A DNA stretch of 6,911 bases from a virus (IMGVR_UViG_3300014519_000020); one strand, 5' to 3'. Positions 1 through 6,741 are shown, counted from the stretch's first letter. Notes: generated by a model not told the origin, from the letters alone. Numbers and translations: made by a program.

Positions 1-412
1 TTACTGTGACTTTCCCTGCCGCCCCCTTACCAAGCCGGCCCCCCCAGCCACGAAACACATCCACCGTGCCATTCGGAAAACGGATTTTATAGGCCCGGAC
101 ATCGCCGCTTTCAAACCAGCCTATAAGCCCTTTCTGGCCTTCCTCTCCCGGTTTCCAGGCCAGCGTAAAACTGGTATCACCTGCAGATTTCTGTCCCTGC
201 CCGGTCGCGGTCCAGTCCGCGTCTTCATCATCCAGGTAGTTATCATCGTAGGGTTCAGCCGTCATCTCGCCCGGCGTCAGATCCTTCACCTTAGCCAGTC
301 GCTGCCAGCCATCGTCTGACAACGGGTTTGCGTAAGCATCAGCCTTGCCGTTGTAAACCCACAGAGTGGTACCGGCACCTTTTACCGGCTCAAGGGGATT
401 TGGTGTTGCCAT
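1..412 (-). CDS. V: Major tail protein (gpV-like), N-terminal ~137 codons; gene continues past the window's left edge
   Basis: Minus-strand ATG at 412-410 preceded by GAGGA (overlapping the U stop). Translation begins [20 protein letters not shown]...[34 protein letters not shown]...[12 protein letters not shown], which matches my recollection of lambda gpV ([20 protein letters not shown]...). The frame stays open to position 2. Not in the ORF track because it is truncated. Confidence 0.85.
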   Translation of the reverse strand, partial: MATPNPLEPVKGAGTTLWVYNGKADAYANPLSDDGWQRLAKVKDLTPGEMTAEPYDDNYLDDEDADWTATGQGQKSAGDTSFTLAWKPGEEGQKGLIGWFESGDVRAYKIRFPNGTVDVFRGWGGRLGKGAAGKVTV

Positions 413-419
413 ATCGTCC

Positions 420-815
420 TCACATCTCGTATGTAATGGAATAAGTCAGATCTGCAGAACTCCATAACGCCATATCGTCATCACGACGATACTCATAGCC
501 CTGCGTAACCATCGTGGTAATCAGTCCTGCCAGTGCCGGGATCGCAGTCATCGCCGGGTAAATCCGGCTTTCCATCCACTGATCAAGCTCTGAATCCGGT
601 ACCTGTGCCGGTAAAAACACCTCAATATGCAGCGTGGCCCGCCAGGTATCTGCATCCAGCTCTTCACCGGTATACTCTGCATCCGTCAGATAAACCGCGA
701 TCGCAGGAAAATCCTCTTCGTCAAAAACAACGGGGCGACCATCAAACAGCGTCGCCCCGTGTTCATGCTGCTCGAGTGCATCCAGCACTGCGGCACGAAT
801 GTCAGTGTGTTTCAT
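420..815 (-). CDS. U: Tail terminator protein (gpU-like), 131 aa
   Basis: Track ORF 420..815. Protein [43 protein letters not shown]...[10 protein letters not shown] is near-colinear with lambda gpU (131 aa) as I recall it. Its ATG overlaps the Z stop (ATGA at 812-815). Confidence 0.93.
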   Translation of the reverse strand: MKHTDIRAAVLDALEQHEHGATLFDGRPVVFDEEDFPAIAVYLTDAEYTGEELDADTWRATLHIEVFLPAQVPDSELDQWMESRIYPAMTAIPALAGLITTMVTQGYEYRRDDDMALWSSADLTYSITYEM

Positions 816-1387
816 CGTTTTATCGCAATCCTCAGTTGTTGTTTCAGCGCGTATGCCAGTTCTTTAGGCAGGCGTTCACGCCGGATACGGTCAACATTCT
901 CATCAAATGCCTGTTTCAGTGGGGCCGCCATCGGGATTTTCACCACCTGAATGGGAAGGCGATTACGCTTTTTCCTTCCCTTGTCGTCATTGCCCTCCTC
1001 ATATCTGGCCTGAGGAAGACGTTGCATAACATGCCAGCGCCCATTATTTAATCGCTGGATAAATGCCCGCTGATAACGATGCTGACCGGCTTTGAGTATG
1101 CTGTCCGGACGACGCCCCAGCATTCTGATCCCCAGCTTAATCACAGGGAGATCACCGCGGTTAACGATAATTTTTGCATTCGGATTTCTGACCGTGGCCC
1201 GTTTCAGTCTGGACCGTTCCTTAACCAGTTTCCGGCGTCCTTTTGTCTCCCGGGCAACCTGTGATGAAGACTGATTAATCGCCGTTGTGGCCACGCGGTT
1301 AATCGTCATTGCTGAAGCCGCCGGAATGGTGTTTTTACGAACCCGGCTCAGATTATCAATCGCCTGATCAAGCCCTTTTATCGCCAT
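812..1387 (-). CDS. Z: Tail completion/assembly protein (gpZ-like), 191 aa
   Basis: Track ORF 812..1387. Begins MAIKGLDQAIDNLSRVRK... and ends ...[25 protein letters not shown], matching lambda gpZ (192 aa) at both ends. Same position in the gene order as in lambda. Confidence 0.93.
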   Translation of the reverse strand: MAIKGLDQAIDNLSRVRKNTIPAASAMTINRVATTAINQSSSQVARETKGRRKLVKERSRLKRATVRNPNAKIIVNRGDLPVIKLGIRMLGRRPDSILKAGQHRYQRAFIQRLNNGRWHVMQRLPQARYEEGNDDKGRKKRNRLPIQVVKIPMAAPLKQAFDENVDRIRRERLPKELAYALKQQLRIAIKR

Positions 1388-1402
1388 AATTTCACCCTGC
1401 GT

Positions 1403-1756
1403 TTATCGTCGCCGGTTAACAGCGGGTGGTTGCCCACGGTTGAGCCAGAGATAACAGCTGCCCCCGTCATCCGGAGAAACACGATCCACCCAGAACATCT
1501 CGCCGTTAATGGTCAGCGTGTCACCACGCCGCACGGCACGCACCGTATCCGTCCGCACAAATAATGACGGGCTGCTTCCTTCAATACGGACCCCGCCACC
1601 GGCAAAACCCAGCGACTCCGGATCGTCAAAAACCCCCTGAACTTCGCCGCCACGCTGTGCTCCCGAGGTGAACTGCGCACAGAGCCCCATCACTTCAACA
1701 ATCGTGCTGTCCACCCCGGCAAGGGCAGCATCAAAGGCATTCTGAAAATCACGCAT
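1403..1756 (-). CDS. FII: Head-tail joining protein (gpFII-like), 117 aa
   Basis: Track ORF 1403..1756. MRDFQNAFDAAL...GVRIEGSSPSLFVRTDTVRAVRRGDTLTI...FWVDRVSPDDGGSCYLWLNRGQPPAVNRRR matches lambda gpFII (117 aa) along its length. Start overlaps the FI stop by 8 nt. Confidence 0.93.
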   Translation of the reverse strand: MRDFQNAFDAALAGVDSTIVEVMGLCAQFTSGAQRGGEVQGVFDDPESLGFAGGGVRIEGSSPSLFVRTDTVRAVRRGDTLTINGEMFWVDRVSPDDGGSCYLWLNRGQPPAVNRRR

Positions 1757-2132
1757 GCTCAGCCGTTCCGTGCTGTATCATGGCTGTCGCCAGTGGTGAT
1801 GGCACCATAACACGCATGCCCCGGTACGTCAGTTCAACGGGACGGCCTGTCTCCGGGCAATACCCCATCACATGCAGGCATTTCCGCACACGGACCGCTT
1901 TAACATCATCCGTAGCATCAGTGTTGTGCAACTGCTCACCATCGTCTGTGTGATTTTGATCAGCCCCGCTCTCATCAGAGTGCATAATGCCCTCCGGGGA
2001 AACAGCAAGCTCCTCTTCCCACTCAGACACACGTTGAGCAATATCCGCAGCACTCCCCGACATATCCGCCTCGCGCCCCAGCAGGCCAGCCAGTTGACGA
2101 AGACGATTCAGATTTTCTTCTTTTGTTGCCAT
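1749..2132 (-). CDS. FI: Head assembly / DNA-packaging accessory protein (gpFI-like), 127 aa, with an acidic central linker
   Basis: The track ORF runs 1749..2180, but I place the start at the internal ATG at 2132-2130 (MATKEENLNRLRQLAG...). It is preceded by AGGAGG 5 nt upstream and aligns with the lambda gpFI N-terminus (MTKDELIARLRSLGEQL...). The 16 extra upstream codons run through the terminator-like hairpin after E. Middle region is acidic and poorly conserved; C-terminus has weak similarity to lambda gpFI. Confidence 0.8.
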   Translation of the reverse strand: MATKEENLNRLRQLAGLLGREADMSGSAADIAQRVSEWEEELAVSPEGIMHSDESGADQNHTDDGEQLHNTDATDDVKAVRVRKCLHVMGYCPETGRPVELTYRGMRVMVPSPLATAMIQHGTAEHA

Positions 2133-2145
2133 CTCAGCCTCCTGT

Positions 2146-2175
2146 GAAAAAAGACACGGGGGCATTTCGCCCCCG
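2146..2175 (-). terminator. Intrinsic-terminator-like hairpin between major capsid gene E and FI
   Basis: On the transcribed (minus) strand, just after the E stop codon (2186-2184): GGGGGC-gaaat-GCCCCC (6-bp all-GC stem, 5-nt loop, about 2158-2174), followed a few nt later by a run of six T (plus-strand A run 2146-2151), then the FI RBS and ATG. Confidence 0.5.
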
Positions 2176-2183
2176 CTCACGGA

Positions 2184-3212
2184 TTATTTCACCTGTACCA
2201 CCACAAACTCATCCGGATCCGGCAGCACCATCAGCGGTGCGGACTGCGTCATGGTGAATTCACGGGCCGGATCGCCCACGGTCAGCCAGTGTTTCGGATA
2301 ACGGGAAGAGGCCACCACACCTTCGGACAACGCCTGCGCATCCTGAATGGCACCATAGCAACGAATGCCCTCTGCTGCCGTATTCCCCAGGACCAGTGTG
2401 CCCTCCGGCAGATAACGTTTTTCGGTACCGTCTTCTGCCACATAAGACGTTTTCGCCACCACAATGGCCAGATCGCCGTAATACCCCTTGAAGGACACCA
2501 CCGCCCCCAGGTCTTTCACTGCCGTTTCGAGTTGTGAATTTGAGCCGCGACGGGTATCCAGTTTTTCGCGGAACAGCTTAAAGCCATTCAGCAGACGCCA
2601 GACCGTACCGTCCATAATGGCGATATTCACAAGGCCGCTGGCCTGATCGCAGTAGAGGTCAATATCATGCGTCGGATCAAACGTATCACGGTCCTGCTCA
2701 GACCATTTTTTACCGTCAGCCTGCTCAATGTTATTTCCTTCAGAGCGCCCGAAATCCACCTCGACAGTATCAAACTGATCCCCTTCCATGGTGTATTTGC
2801 CATACAGCACGGCATTCACCGCCTGCATTTCTTCCACCTGGACAATGGCGTGCTCTTCCTGTTTGAGGTTATCGGTAATGATACGCAGACGACGGTAGGC
2901 CGGGTCGTTCAGCTGAGCCGGATCTTCACCAGGAAGGCGCTCAACCGCCTGCTGGTAATTAAATTCGTGTTTGGGCTTGACGTAGCCCGGACGTAACACG
3001 CGGGTTTCACCACCGCGATGGCGAAGCACTTTTCCTTCAACGATCGGGGAGACATAGGCCGCCACCGGCGTTTTTCCGGTAATTTTGTCCAGCATCACCT
3101 CTTCGGTGTGGAAATTCACCGTACGGCGGAAAAACAGCTCCAGAAACAGCGCACGGAATTTAACTTTTTGTTCGGTATAACCGAGTAACTGGCGGGTCGT
3201 AAACAATCCCAT
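2184..3212 (-). CDS. E: Major capsid protein (gpE-like), 342 aa
   Basis: Track ORF 2184..3212. MGLFTTRQLLGYTEQKVKF...PGYVKPKHE...VKAMYAATIESELD... with long colinear similarity to lambda gpE (341 aa), including the C-terminal ...GDPAREFTM.QSAPLM.L.DPDEFV.VQ. RBS AAGGA lies 9 nt upstream of the ATG at 3212. Confidence 0.95.
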   Translation of the reverse strand: MGLFTTRQLLGYTEQKVKFRALFLELFFRRTVNFHTEEVMLDKITGKTPVAAYVSPIVEGKVLRHRGGETRVLRPGYVKPKHEFNYQQAVERLPGEDPAQLNDPAYRRLRIITDNLKQEEHAIVQVEEMQAVNAVLYGKYTMEGDQFDTVEVDFGRSEGNNIEQADGKKWSEQDRDTFDPTHDIDLYCDQASGLVNIAIMDGTVWRLLNGFKLFREKLDTRRGSNSQLETAVKDLGAVVSFKGYYGDLAIVVAKTSYVAEDGTEKRYLPEGTLVLGNTAAEGIRCYGAIQDAQALSEGVVASSRYPKHWLTVGDPAREFTMTQSAPLMVLPDPDEFVVVQVK

Positions 3213-3240
3213 AAATCAGTTCCTTTCATTAAGAAATCAG

Positions 3241-3262
3241 TCAGGCCAACGCGGTGGCCTGA
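3241..3262 (-). promoter_or_regulatory. Perfect 8-bp inverted repeat (stem-loop) in the D-E intergenic spacer
   Basis: Plus strand tcaggcca-acgcgg-tggcctga (3241-3248 / loop 3249-3254 / 3255-3262). It sits between the D stop (3270-3272) and the E RBS. On the mRNA it is followed by CUGAUUUCUU, which is U-rich but not a clean U-tract. Confidence 0.3.
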
Positions 3263-3269
3263 TAACGTG

Positions 3270-3617
3270 TTACGGCAGCGCCGCGTGACTCAGGGCACTG
3301 CCGGTAAAGGCGTTGGCCTTTTTGTGTTCATCCACACTTTCAGGCCAGCGGATTGCCTCCGTCGCAAAGGTCCCCGACTTGTAATAGGTCAGCACCTCCT
3401 CTGTGCCTTCAAGCGGCAGTACCAGTATGCCAACCGCACTACCGGCTTTCTGTCCGTCCCAGACCACCAGTTTCCCGGTGGCCCCATCCAGCATCAGGGG
3501 TGTCAGTGCCGGTGTTGCCGAGGAAATCCCGCTGCTGCCTGTGGCGGTGTGAGCCGGATCATTACCGGCAAAAATACGTACTTCCGCACGCTGTTCAGTG
3601 ATGGTTTTCGTCACCAT
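3270..3617 (-). CDS. D: Capsid decoration protein (gpD-like), 115 aa
   Basis: Track ORF 3270..3617. MVTKTITEQ...NDPAHTAT...TPLMLD...KLVVWDG...AVGIL...YYKSGTF... matches lambda gpD (110 aa) motif for motif (SDPAHTATA, MTPLMLD, FYKSGTF). Confidence 0.93.
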   Translation of the reverse strand: MVTKTITEQRAEVRIFAGNDPAHTATGSSGISSATPALTPLMLDGATGKLVVWDGQKAGSAVGILVLPLEGTEEVLTYYKSGTFATEAIRWPESVDEHKKANAFTGSALSHAALP

Positions 3618-3653
3618 ATTGTTAAAACCTCGTATTGATGTTCAGCACTGACT

Positions 3654-4256
3654 TCATGGCATGGCCATGAGCATTTTCACGTCCGCATCACCGTCTTCTG
3701 ACGCCTGTGACACGCCCCCCTGGACCGCAGCCGGTGAATGGTTCGCCATGAAATGTTCAAACAGGGCGGTTGTGGATGCAGAGACCGGTTCTGCCTTACC
3801 TGATCCCGCAGCCAGCACAGCCCGGGCGCTCTCCACAGTCATTCCCGGGCAGGCAGCCAGCTGTTCAGCCTGCGCCTCAGCCCCTTTTGCCTCATCCAGT
3901 GCCATGATCTGATCACGGAGTGAGGGTCCGGCATTCGCCTGCGGTGAAGCAGCCAGGATCGGGCGGGCTTTTTCCACCGTCATCTCCGGCATCGCCGCCA
4001 GCGTTGCCGCCAGTTGTTCACGACCGTTCGCTTCTTCACACGCCATAATGCGATCGGCTTCACTCTGTGCGGATGCCACCGGCTGCTGCGGTGCCGCCGC
4101 GGCCAGAATCGCCCGGGCCTGTTCAACGCTCATGCCCTGTTGCCCTGCCAGCATCGTGGCAAGCTGTTCACGTCCTTTCGCTTCCTGGCATGTCAGGATC
4201 CCCATCACTCGCTGGTTCTCCTGCACGGCGGCTTCCGTTGCAGTTAATTGCGGCAT
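3654..4256 (-). CDS. nu3: Scaffolding protein (Nu3-like), nested in frame in the 3' part of C, about 200 aa
   Basis: Internal in-frame ATG at 4256-4254 (codon 302 of C; MPQLTATEAAVQENQRVMGIL...) preceded by a strong GAGGAGG RBS 5 nt upstream. It aligns with the start of lambda Nu3 (..GGRMTKETQSTTVS..), and lambda Nu3 is likewise an in-frame internal start sharing the C stop codon, with a very similar length (about 201 codons). Confidence 0.6.
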   Translation of the reverse strand: MPQLTATEAAVQENQRVMGILTCQEAKGREQLATMLAGQQGMSVEQARAILAAAAPQQPVASAQSEADRIMACEEANGREQLAATLAAMPEMTVEKARPILAASPQANAGPSLRDQIMALDEAKGAEAQAEQLAACPGMTVESARAVLAAGSGKAEPVSASTTALFEHFMANHSPAAVQGGVSQASEDGDADVKMLMAMP

Positions 4257-5159
4257 AGTGCCTCCTCTGACATTACTGTTCAGCGCCGTGGCCATCACAC
4301 TGATGGCATCCGACGCATTGATTAATTCATCCGCCAGCCCGGCCTCAATGCCGGACTGACCTTCAAAAACGGCAGCCTCTGTTCCCGTGACCGCATCAAC
4401 AGACAGACCGGTATACATCGCCACTTTTTCGGCAAACATCCGGCGCGCCGCATCAATCCGCTGCTGCATGTCCTGGCGAACCTCTGCCGGCAACGCTTCA
4501 AACTGATTGCCATCCACCTTGTGCGCTCCTGAGTAAATCAGCGTGATATCCACACCGGCCTGCGCCAGATGACCGGCATAGCTGACATGGCTCATCATCA
4601 CGCCAATGGAGCCGATACGGGATGTCTGGGTAACCAGCCGTCGGGAGCAGGCCGACGCCAGCAGCATGGCTGCAGAACAGGCCGTGTCATTGCACAGTGC
4701 CCAGACCGGCTTCTGCTGACGGAGGCGGTAAATCATGTCAGCACAGTCAAACGCACCGGCGGCCTGCCCGCCCGGACTGTCAATGTCCAGCAGTACACCC
4801 CGCACCTGGCTATCTGCCATTGCCTGCTGAAGACAGGCGACAATGCCGTCATAGCCTGTTATTCCGGAAAATGGCCGCATACCCCCCAGCCGGTGCACCA
4901 GCGTGCCGGTCACCGGCAGTACCGCAATACCGTTCACCACCCGGTAAACACGGGCCGGTCGTTTACCTCCGGCCATGTACTCGTCCGTTTCAGCCAGCAT
5001 TCCGGGTGCATCAAGCTGTACCTGCTGTTGTGGTACCGAAAGACTTGCTGCCCCCATCTCGCGCCCGAGCGCGCAAAAGAAAACCCGCGCACAGGCGGGC
5101 TCCAGAAGCAGCGGTTCATTGAATGCTGCTGCAATAATGTGTGAAAGATTACGTCTCAC
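3654..5159 (-). CDS. C: Prohead protease (gpC-like; S49/SppA-ClpP-type head maturation protease), 501 aa, with C-terminal scaffold (Nu3) domain
   Basis: Track ORF 3654..5159. The start codon is GTG at 5159-5157, overlapping the portal stop. N-terminal ...IAAAFNEPLLLEPACARVFFCAL..., ...GIAVLPVTGTLV..., ...KPVWALCNDTACSAA.LLASACSRRLVTQTSRIGSIGVMM.H..., ...ITLIYSGAHKVDGN... are colinear with lambda gpC (439 aa). It is about 60 aa longer than lambda gpC, which the repeat expansion in the C-terminal part accounts for. Confidence 0.9.
   Translation of the reverse strand: MRRNLSHIIAAAFNEPLLLEPACARVFFCALGREMGAASLSVPQQQVQLDAPGMLAETDEYMAGGKRPARVYRVVNGIAVLPVTGTLVHRLGGMRPFSGITGYDGIVACLQQAMADSQVRGVLLDIDSPGGQAAGAFDCADMIYRLRQQKPVWALCNDTACSAAMLLASACSRRLVTQTSRIGSIGVMMSHVSYAGHLAQAGVDITLIYSGAHKVDGNQFEALPAEVRQDMQQRIDAARRMFAEKVAMYTGLSVDAVTGTEAAVFEGQSGIEAGLADELINASDAISVMATALNSNVRGGTMPQLTATEAAVQENQRVMGILTCQEAKGREQLATMLAGQQGMSVEQARAILAAAAPQQPVASAQSEADRIMACEEANGREQLAATLAAMPEMTVEKARPILAASPQANAGPSLRDQIMALDEAKGAEAQAEQLAACPGMTVESARAVLAAGSGKAEPVSASTTALFEHFMANHSPAAVQGGVSQASEDGDADVKMLMAMP
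3811..4222 (-). repeat. Three tandem imperfect direct repeats (about 140-150 bp each) inside the C/Nu3 coding region
   Basis: DNA units starting near 3811, 3952 and 4103 share the pattern gccagNaNNgcccgggc...tcat.cc...gccagctgttcacg.cc.ttcgcttc.... They encode three copies of a roughly 45-50 aa motif: R.MGILTCQEAKGREQLATMLAGQQGMSVEQARAILAAA / ADRIMACEEANGREQLAATLAAMPEMTVEKARPILAAS / RDQIMALDEAKGAEAQAEQLAACPGMTVESARAVLAAG. Confidence 0.75.
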
Positions 5160-6648
5160 GTGGTGTTGTCTCCTCTTCCGGCCTGCGACTCTCCGCTATC
5201 TGCTGCTGATACGCCTGCGCTATCCACACCGGACGTGAGAGTCCGGCTTTTTCCCGCTCTGCAGATTCCCTGACCTGCTGGCGGAAAATGTCCTGATAAT
5301 CCTCGCCCATCAGCGCCAGCTCTTTCTCATACGTGCTCAGTCCGGCCTCAATGCGCATCACTGATTCCTGAACCTCCTTGAGCCCGTCAATGGCCATTCT
5401 TCCGGCTCCAATCCACTCAGCCCGTGACCAGGCTGATCGCGCCTGATAAAAATCAAAACGCGCCCGTGGCGGACGAATAATCCCCCGAAGAAGTGCCTCT
5501 TCCAGCCAGCAGGAAAACATCTGCGTGGCCAGCCGGGACGCAATAAATTTTCGCCGCCCCATAAAATAGCGCCACGACTCATTGGCGGATGCGCGGGCAC
5601 TTGAATAACTGACCTTCGAGTAATCACGGGACAACTGTTCGTAGGAAACGCCAAGACCGGCGGCGATATACCGCAGCAGCGCCTGTTCAAGCGCCGAAAA
5701 TCCATTGTCTGAATCCTGCGCGGTCTGAAGTTTCAGATCATCACCGGGGAAAAGGTGCGGAATTTTGACACCGCCCAGCGTCACGCTATTCGTGTCATAC
5801 CAGGTGGAGAACTTCTCCAGAATATTAATAAGCGGATTATCCTTCTGCCCCTGCGGCGCACCGGCGATATATTCAAAGGCCTTTTCGGTATCAAGTTCAC
5901 TTTCAATCGTCGCTGCATACATCGCCTTCACTATGGCCGACTGAAGCTGTGTTGCCTGCAGGGAATCGAGCATCTTCAGCCGTTCCATTACGCTGTAAAA
6001 CTGATTGGCCCCACGGGTCTGCCCGTCCTCCACCGGCTCGAAAATATGCAGCATAGCCGGACGCCCGGTGGGAAGTTCACGCGGGATCCGTTCCCATCGT
6101 CCACTCCCGGAGCGAGGAAAATCATCCTCACAGATATGGTACGCAACGGCACGACCATATCGATCAACCTCCACACCGGCCCGCAGAAAACGGTTCCCGA
6201 TACCGTGTCCTGGCGTGTCCACCCGTTTCGGACTCACGGCTTTAAAACGCGTACGAAACAGTTGCGTGCTCTCCGTATCCCAGACCGGCTGCACAAAGAT
6301 TTCGCCGTTAAACGCATGAACGCCCACACCTTCACGGATAAATTCCGTGAACGTGCGTTTCCCTTCCACGTCGATCTCGCCAAACATCCCTTCGGCGTAT
6401 TCCGACCAGGCCGCCTCCACCTCATCGACAAAACTTTTTGCCGCAGTCTCCCGCATCCCCAGCCAGCGCCAGTTCGGACGGTAGCTGATCAGAAACATAT
6501 GCCCGACAATATGATCCTTATGCAGGGCCACCGCATTAGCCGCTATCCCGTTATTGCGCACCAGATCATCTGCCCGGGCATTCCCCAGACGCAACGCAGG
6601 CAGCAGGGCTGCATCGGCACTCTGCGCCGGTGGCAACCACTCCGCCAT
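5149..6648 (-). CDS. B: Portal protein (gpB-like), 499 aa as an intact ORF; the ancestral N-terminus is separated by an in-frame TAG
   Basis: Track ORF 5149..6648. Extensive colinear similarity to lambda gpB: ADAALLP...RGNARADDLVRNNG, ...FEPVEDGQTRGAN.FYSVME..K.LD.LQ.TQLQSAIVKAMYAATIESELD, ...LLRYIAAGLGVSYEQLSR.Y...SYS.ARASANESW.YFMGRRKF.ASR, ...WIG.GRMAIDGLKEVQE.VM.IEAGLSTYEKE. The first ATG (6648) falls about 30 codons inside the region homologous to lambda gpB. Confidence 0.9.
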   Translation of the reverse strand: MAEWLPPAQSADAALLPALRLGNARADDLVRNNGIAANAVALHKDHIVGHMFLISYRPNWRWLGMRETAAKSFVDEVEAAWSEYAEGMFGEIDVEGKRTFTEFIREGVGVHAFNGEIFVQPVWDTESTQLFRTRFKAVSPKRVDTPGHGIGNRFLRAGVEVDRYGRAVAYHICEDDFPRSGSGRWERIPRELPTGRPAMLHIFEPVEDGQTRGANQFYSVMERLKMLDSLQATQLQSAIVKAMYAATIESELDTEKAFEYIAGAPQGQKDNPLINILEKFSTWYDTNSVTLGGVKIPHLFPGDDLKLQTAQDSDNGFSALEQALLRYIAAGLGVSYEQLSRDYSKVSYSSARASANESWRYFMGRRKFIASRLATQMFSCWLEEALLRGIIRPPRARFDFYQARSAWSRAEWIGAGRMAIDGLKEVQESVMRIEAGLSTYEKELALMGEDYQDIFRQQVRESAEREKAGLSRPVWIAQAYQQQIAESRRPEEETTPRET

Positions 6649-6669
6649 TTGCCCGCCAAATCCTGCGCC

Positions 6670-6741
6670 CTACGTCAGGCAGCTGAGACTCTCACGAAGC
6701 GGAACGCCGTTCACATCAATCAGGACAGGCGTTCGTTTCAT
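6670..6741 (-). pseudogene. B: Ancestral 5' end of the portal gene: ATG at 6741 plus 22 codons, ended by an in-frame TAG (6672-6670)
   Basis: Minus-strand translation from the ATG at 6741 gives MKRTPVLIDVNGVPLRESLSCLT*, then GAGFGGQ-MAEW..., all in the same frame as the 5149..6648 ORF. Lambda gpB begins MKTPTIPTLLGPDGMTSLREYAGYHGGGSGFGGQLRSW, so the alignment is gap-free across the stop, which sits where lambda has Gly. The ATG at 6741 overlaps the W stop (ATGA), as the lambda W/B junction does. Confidence 0.6.

Noticed and set aside
533-1051. Plus-strand ORFs of 172 aa (533..1051) and 107 aa (627..950)
   Set aside because: Entirely antisense to the well-supported U and Z genes. Pro/Arg/Ser/His-rich composition is typical of spurious reverse-frame ORFs in GC-rich coding DNA. 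No start context or homology.
2133-2180. 5' extension of the FI ORF (MSGGEMPPCLFSQEAE...) as given in the ORF track
   Set aside because: The extension runs through the terminator-like hairpin and the SD sequence. The internal ATG at 2132 has a strong AGGAGG RBS and aligns with the lambda gpFI N-terminus, so the shorter ORF is the real gene.
2667-2996. Plus-strand 109-aa ORF inside the major capsid gene
   Set aside because: Antisense to E, the best-conserved gene in the window; no supporting signals.
3267-3638. Plus-strand 123-aa and 82-aa ORFs overlapping D
   Set aside because: Antisense to the decoration protein gene, whose translation matches lambda gpD motif for motif. Cys/Arg-rich artefact.
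4569-5144. Plus-strand ORFs of 191 aa (4569..5144) and 141 aa (4697..5122), plus smaller ones at 4014..4359
   Set aside because: Antisense to the conserved protease gene C; Arg/Pro/Cys-rich, low-complexity translations. Best explained as frame artefacts.
5358-5705. Minus-strand 115-aa ORF in an alternative frame inside the portal gene
   Set aside because: Overlaps the strongly conserved portal frame on the same strand. Arg/Pro/Gly-rich translation with no recognisable similarity; no evidence for an overprinted gene.
6670-6693. A frameshift (not a stop codon) as the explanation for the portal N-terminal break
   Set aside because: Homology to lambda gpB is in the same reading frame on both sides of the TAG (..LRE.. 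before, ..G.GFGGQ.. after, with identical spacing), and the other two frames also hit stops nearby. The lesion is a nonsense codon or base-call issue, not an indel.
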